This document shows positions 62,980 to 64,000 of a DNA stretch of 64,000 nt, piece by piece. The position numbers and the translations under genes are program-made. The stretch is from Candidatus Anstonellales archaeon (GTDB taxonomy: Archaea; Micrarchaeota; Micrarchaeia; Anstonellales; J096). How positions within the stretch are numbered: the stretch's first letter is position 1; each line of letters opens with the position of its first letter. Under the pieces are notes generated by a model. It saw only the letters and a program-made list of their open reading frames with translations, was not told where the DNA came from and did no database searches. Location: positions 17,488 through 81,487 of the forward strand of contig JAWAFI010000002.1 in the NCBI GenBank assembly GCA_038890615.1, written 5' to 3'.

Positions 62980-64000
62980 TCAGCTTAACATCCTACTGAC
63001 AATTATGCCAACTTTCTTACTACATTCTCTCAACATAAACTCTAAAGCATCCCTCATTTCGTCCTCTCTTACCTTTTTACCTTTTTCCATTTTCTTAACC
63101 GTTCCATATGATCTTATGATCCCCCTTATGTATTCATTTCCTGCCAAATCATAAGCTGTCTTTCCATCATTATTTACAATAAAAGGATCAGCCTCTGCCT
63201 TCAGAAGCATCTCAACAATCCTCTCATGCCCCTTCTCAGCAGCCCACATCAGCGCCGTGCTTCCATCATTATCCTGCAAATCCACCTTAGCCCCTTTATC
63301 AATCAATTCCTTTGCCAACCCATCCAGCCCTCCATTAGCAGCATACATAAGTAGACTCTTTCCATCCTTTGAAACATACTTGGGGTCAACATTCGCCCCA
63401 GCCTTCCTAAGCATCTCAACAACCCTCTTATGCTCATACCAAGCAGCCCACATCAGCGCAGTCCTTCCATCATTATCCTGCAAATCCACCTTAGCCCCTG
63501 CCTTTATCAGCAGCTCAAGAATCTCCTCAGCCCCATTCACAGCAGCATACATCAGCGCAGTCTCTCCATTATTATTCTGCAAATCCAAATTAGCCCCTGC
63601 CTCTATCAGCATCTCAACAACCCCCTTATGCCCCCCATCATACAAAGTAGCCCACATCAGCGCCGTCCTTCCATCATTATCCTGCAAATCCAAATTAGCC
63701 CCTGCCTCTATCAGCAGCTTAAGAACTCTTTTTTGGTTACCATTAGCAGCCCGCATCAGCGCAGTCTTTCCATTATTATCCTGCAAATCCACCTTAGCCC
63801 CTGCCTTTATCAGCATCTCAACAACCCCCTCATGCCCTCTCTCAGCAGCCCACATCAGCGCAGTCTGTTTAAAAAAATTATCCTCCCCATTCAGCACATT
63901 CAGATCCGCCCCTTCTAAAACCATCTTTACAACCCTTTCTAAAGAAATCTTCTCTTTTTCCTTTCTGCATTCATCAATCAATTTCTTCCCAAGCCTTTCA
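62980..64000 (-). CDS. Ankyrin-repeat protein (about nine ANK repeats), 5'-truncated by window edge
   Basis: The ORF-track start is a TTG at 63981. The frame stays open to the window end, and the extra upstream residues ERLGKKLIDECRKEKEKISLERVVKMVLEGADLN match the family module. It carries many ANK repeats of the pattern G-TALMWAA-xGH-xVVEMLIxAGAxxDLQDNx. Confidence 0.8.
   Translation of the reverse strand, partial: ERLGKKLIDECRKEKEKISLERVVKMVLEGADLNVLNGEDNFFKQTALMWAAERGHEGVVEMLIKAGAKVDLQDNNGKTALMRAANGNQKRVLKLLIEAGANLDLQDNDGRTALMWATLYDGGHKGVVEMLIEAGANLDLQNNNGETALMYAAVNGAEEILELLIKAGAKVDLQDNDGRTALMWAAWYEHKRVVEMLRKAGANVDPKYVSKDGKSLLMYAANGGLDGLAKELIDKGAKVDLQDNDGSTALMWAAEKGHERIVEMLLKAEADPFIVNNDGKTAYDLAGNEYIRGIIRSYGTVKKMEKGKKVREDEMRDALEFMLRECSKKVGIIVSRMLS
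63150..63900. repeat. Near-identical 99-bp tandem repeats (ANK repeat units) inside the ankyrin gene
   Basis: Recurring blocks such as cccacatcagcgc.gtccttccatcattatcctgcaaatcca..ttagcccctgcct.tatcagca appear at about 63241, 63340, 63451, 63541, 63641 and 63741. Confidence 0.7.

Noticed and set aside
63150-63900. Possible CRISPR-like regular repeats
   Set aside because: The ~99-bp periodic repeats are in-frame ankyrin repeat units inside a long ORF. There are no short spacers, no leader and no cas genes. No CRISPR array is present anywhere in the window.

Overview
The window is a 64 kb archaeal chromosomal segment, moderately AT-rich and gene-dense, with about 70 genes on both strands and many overlapping or near-abutting gene pairs. 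The archaeal call rests on Topo VI A and B, Alba, a replicative family-B DNA polymerase, an archaeal-type TyrRS, a DGGGP-synthase-like UbiA prenyltransferase, L10e, aDim2 and intron-containing and CCA-less tRNAs. Recognisable core content: gyrA 3' end; PolB; a Rad50-like ATPase; two split suf operons (sufB, sufD-like and lrp, sufC, sufS, sufU); an Ogg/Maf/Nth base-excision-repair mini-cluster; two tandem ftsZ paralogues; a copper-efflux island; CTP synthase; MetRS, TyrRS and AspRS; DRG GTPase; signal peptidase I; top6B and top6A; Alba; an Lhr helicase with an adjacent metallophosphoesterase; TruD; and four tRNAs (Pro-TGG, Leu-TAG, Phe-GAA and an intron-containing Cys-GCA). No integrase, transposase, Cas gene or CRISPR array is visible. 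The most unusual content is, first, an expanded family of ankyrin-repeat proteins (seven genes plus one pseudogene) sharing a conserved N-terminal module, alongside several HEAT-repeat proteins and embedded in housekeeping operons. Second, a tight same-strand array of aDim2, top6B, top6A and an unknown 409-aa protein. Third, a copper island containing an unusual HMA domain fused to a Met/Gly-rich membrane domain and a membrane-tethered wHTH regulator. Fourth, a protein with three excisionase-type HTH repeats translationally coupled to PolB. Fifth, a glutamine-synthetase-like gene with apparently degenerate active-site motifs, flanked by two tRNA genes. Every functional call is homology and motif recognition by eye, with no database search run.
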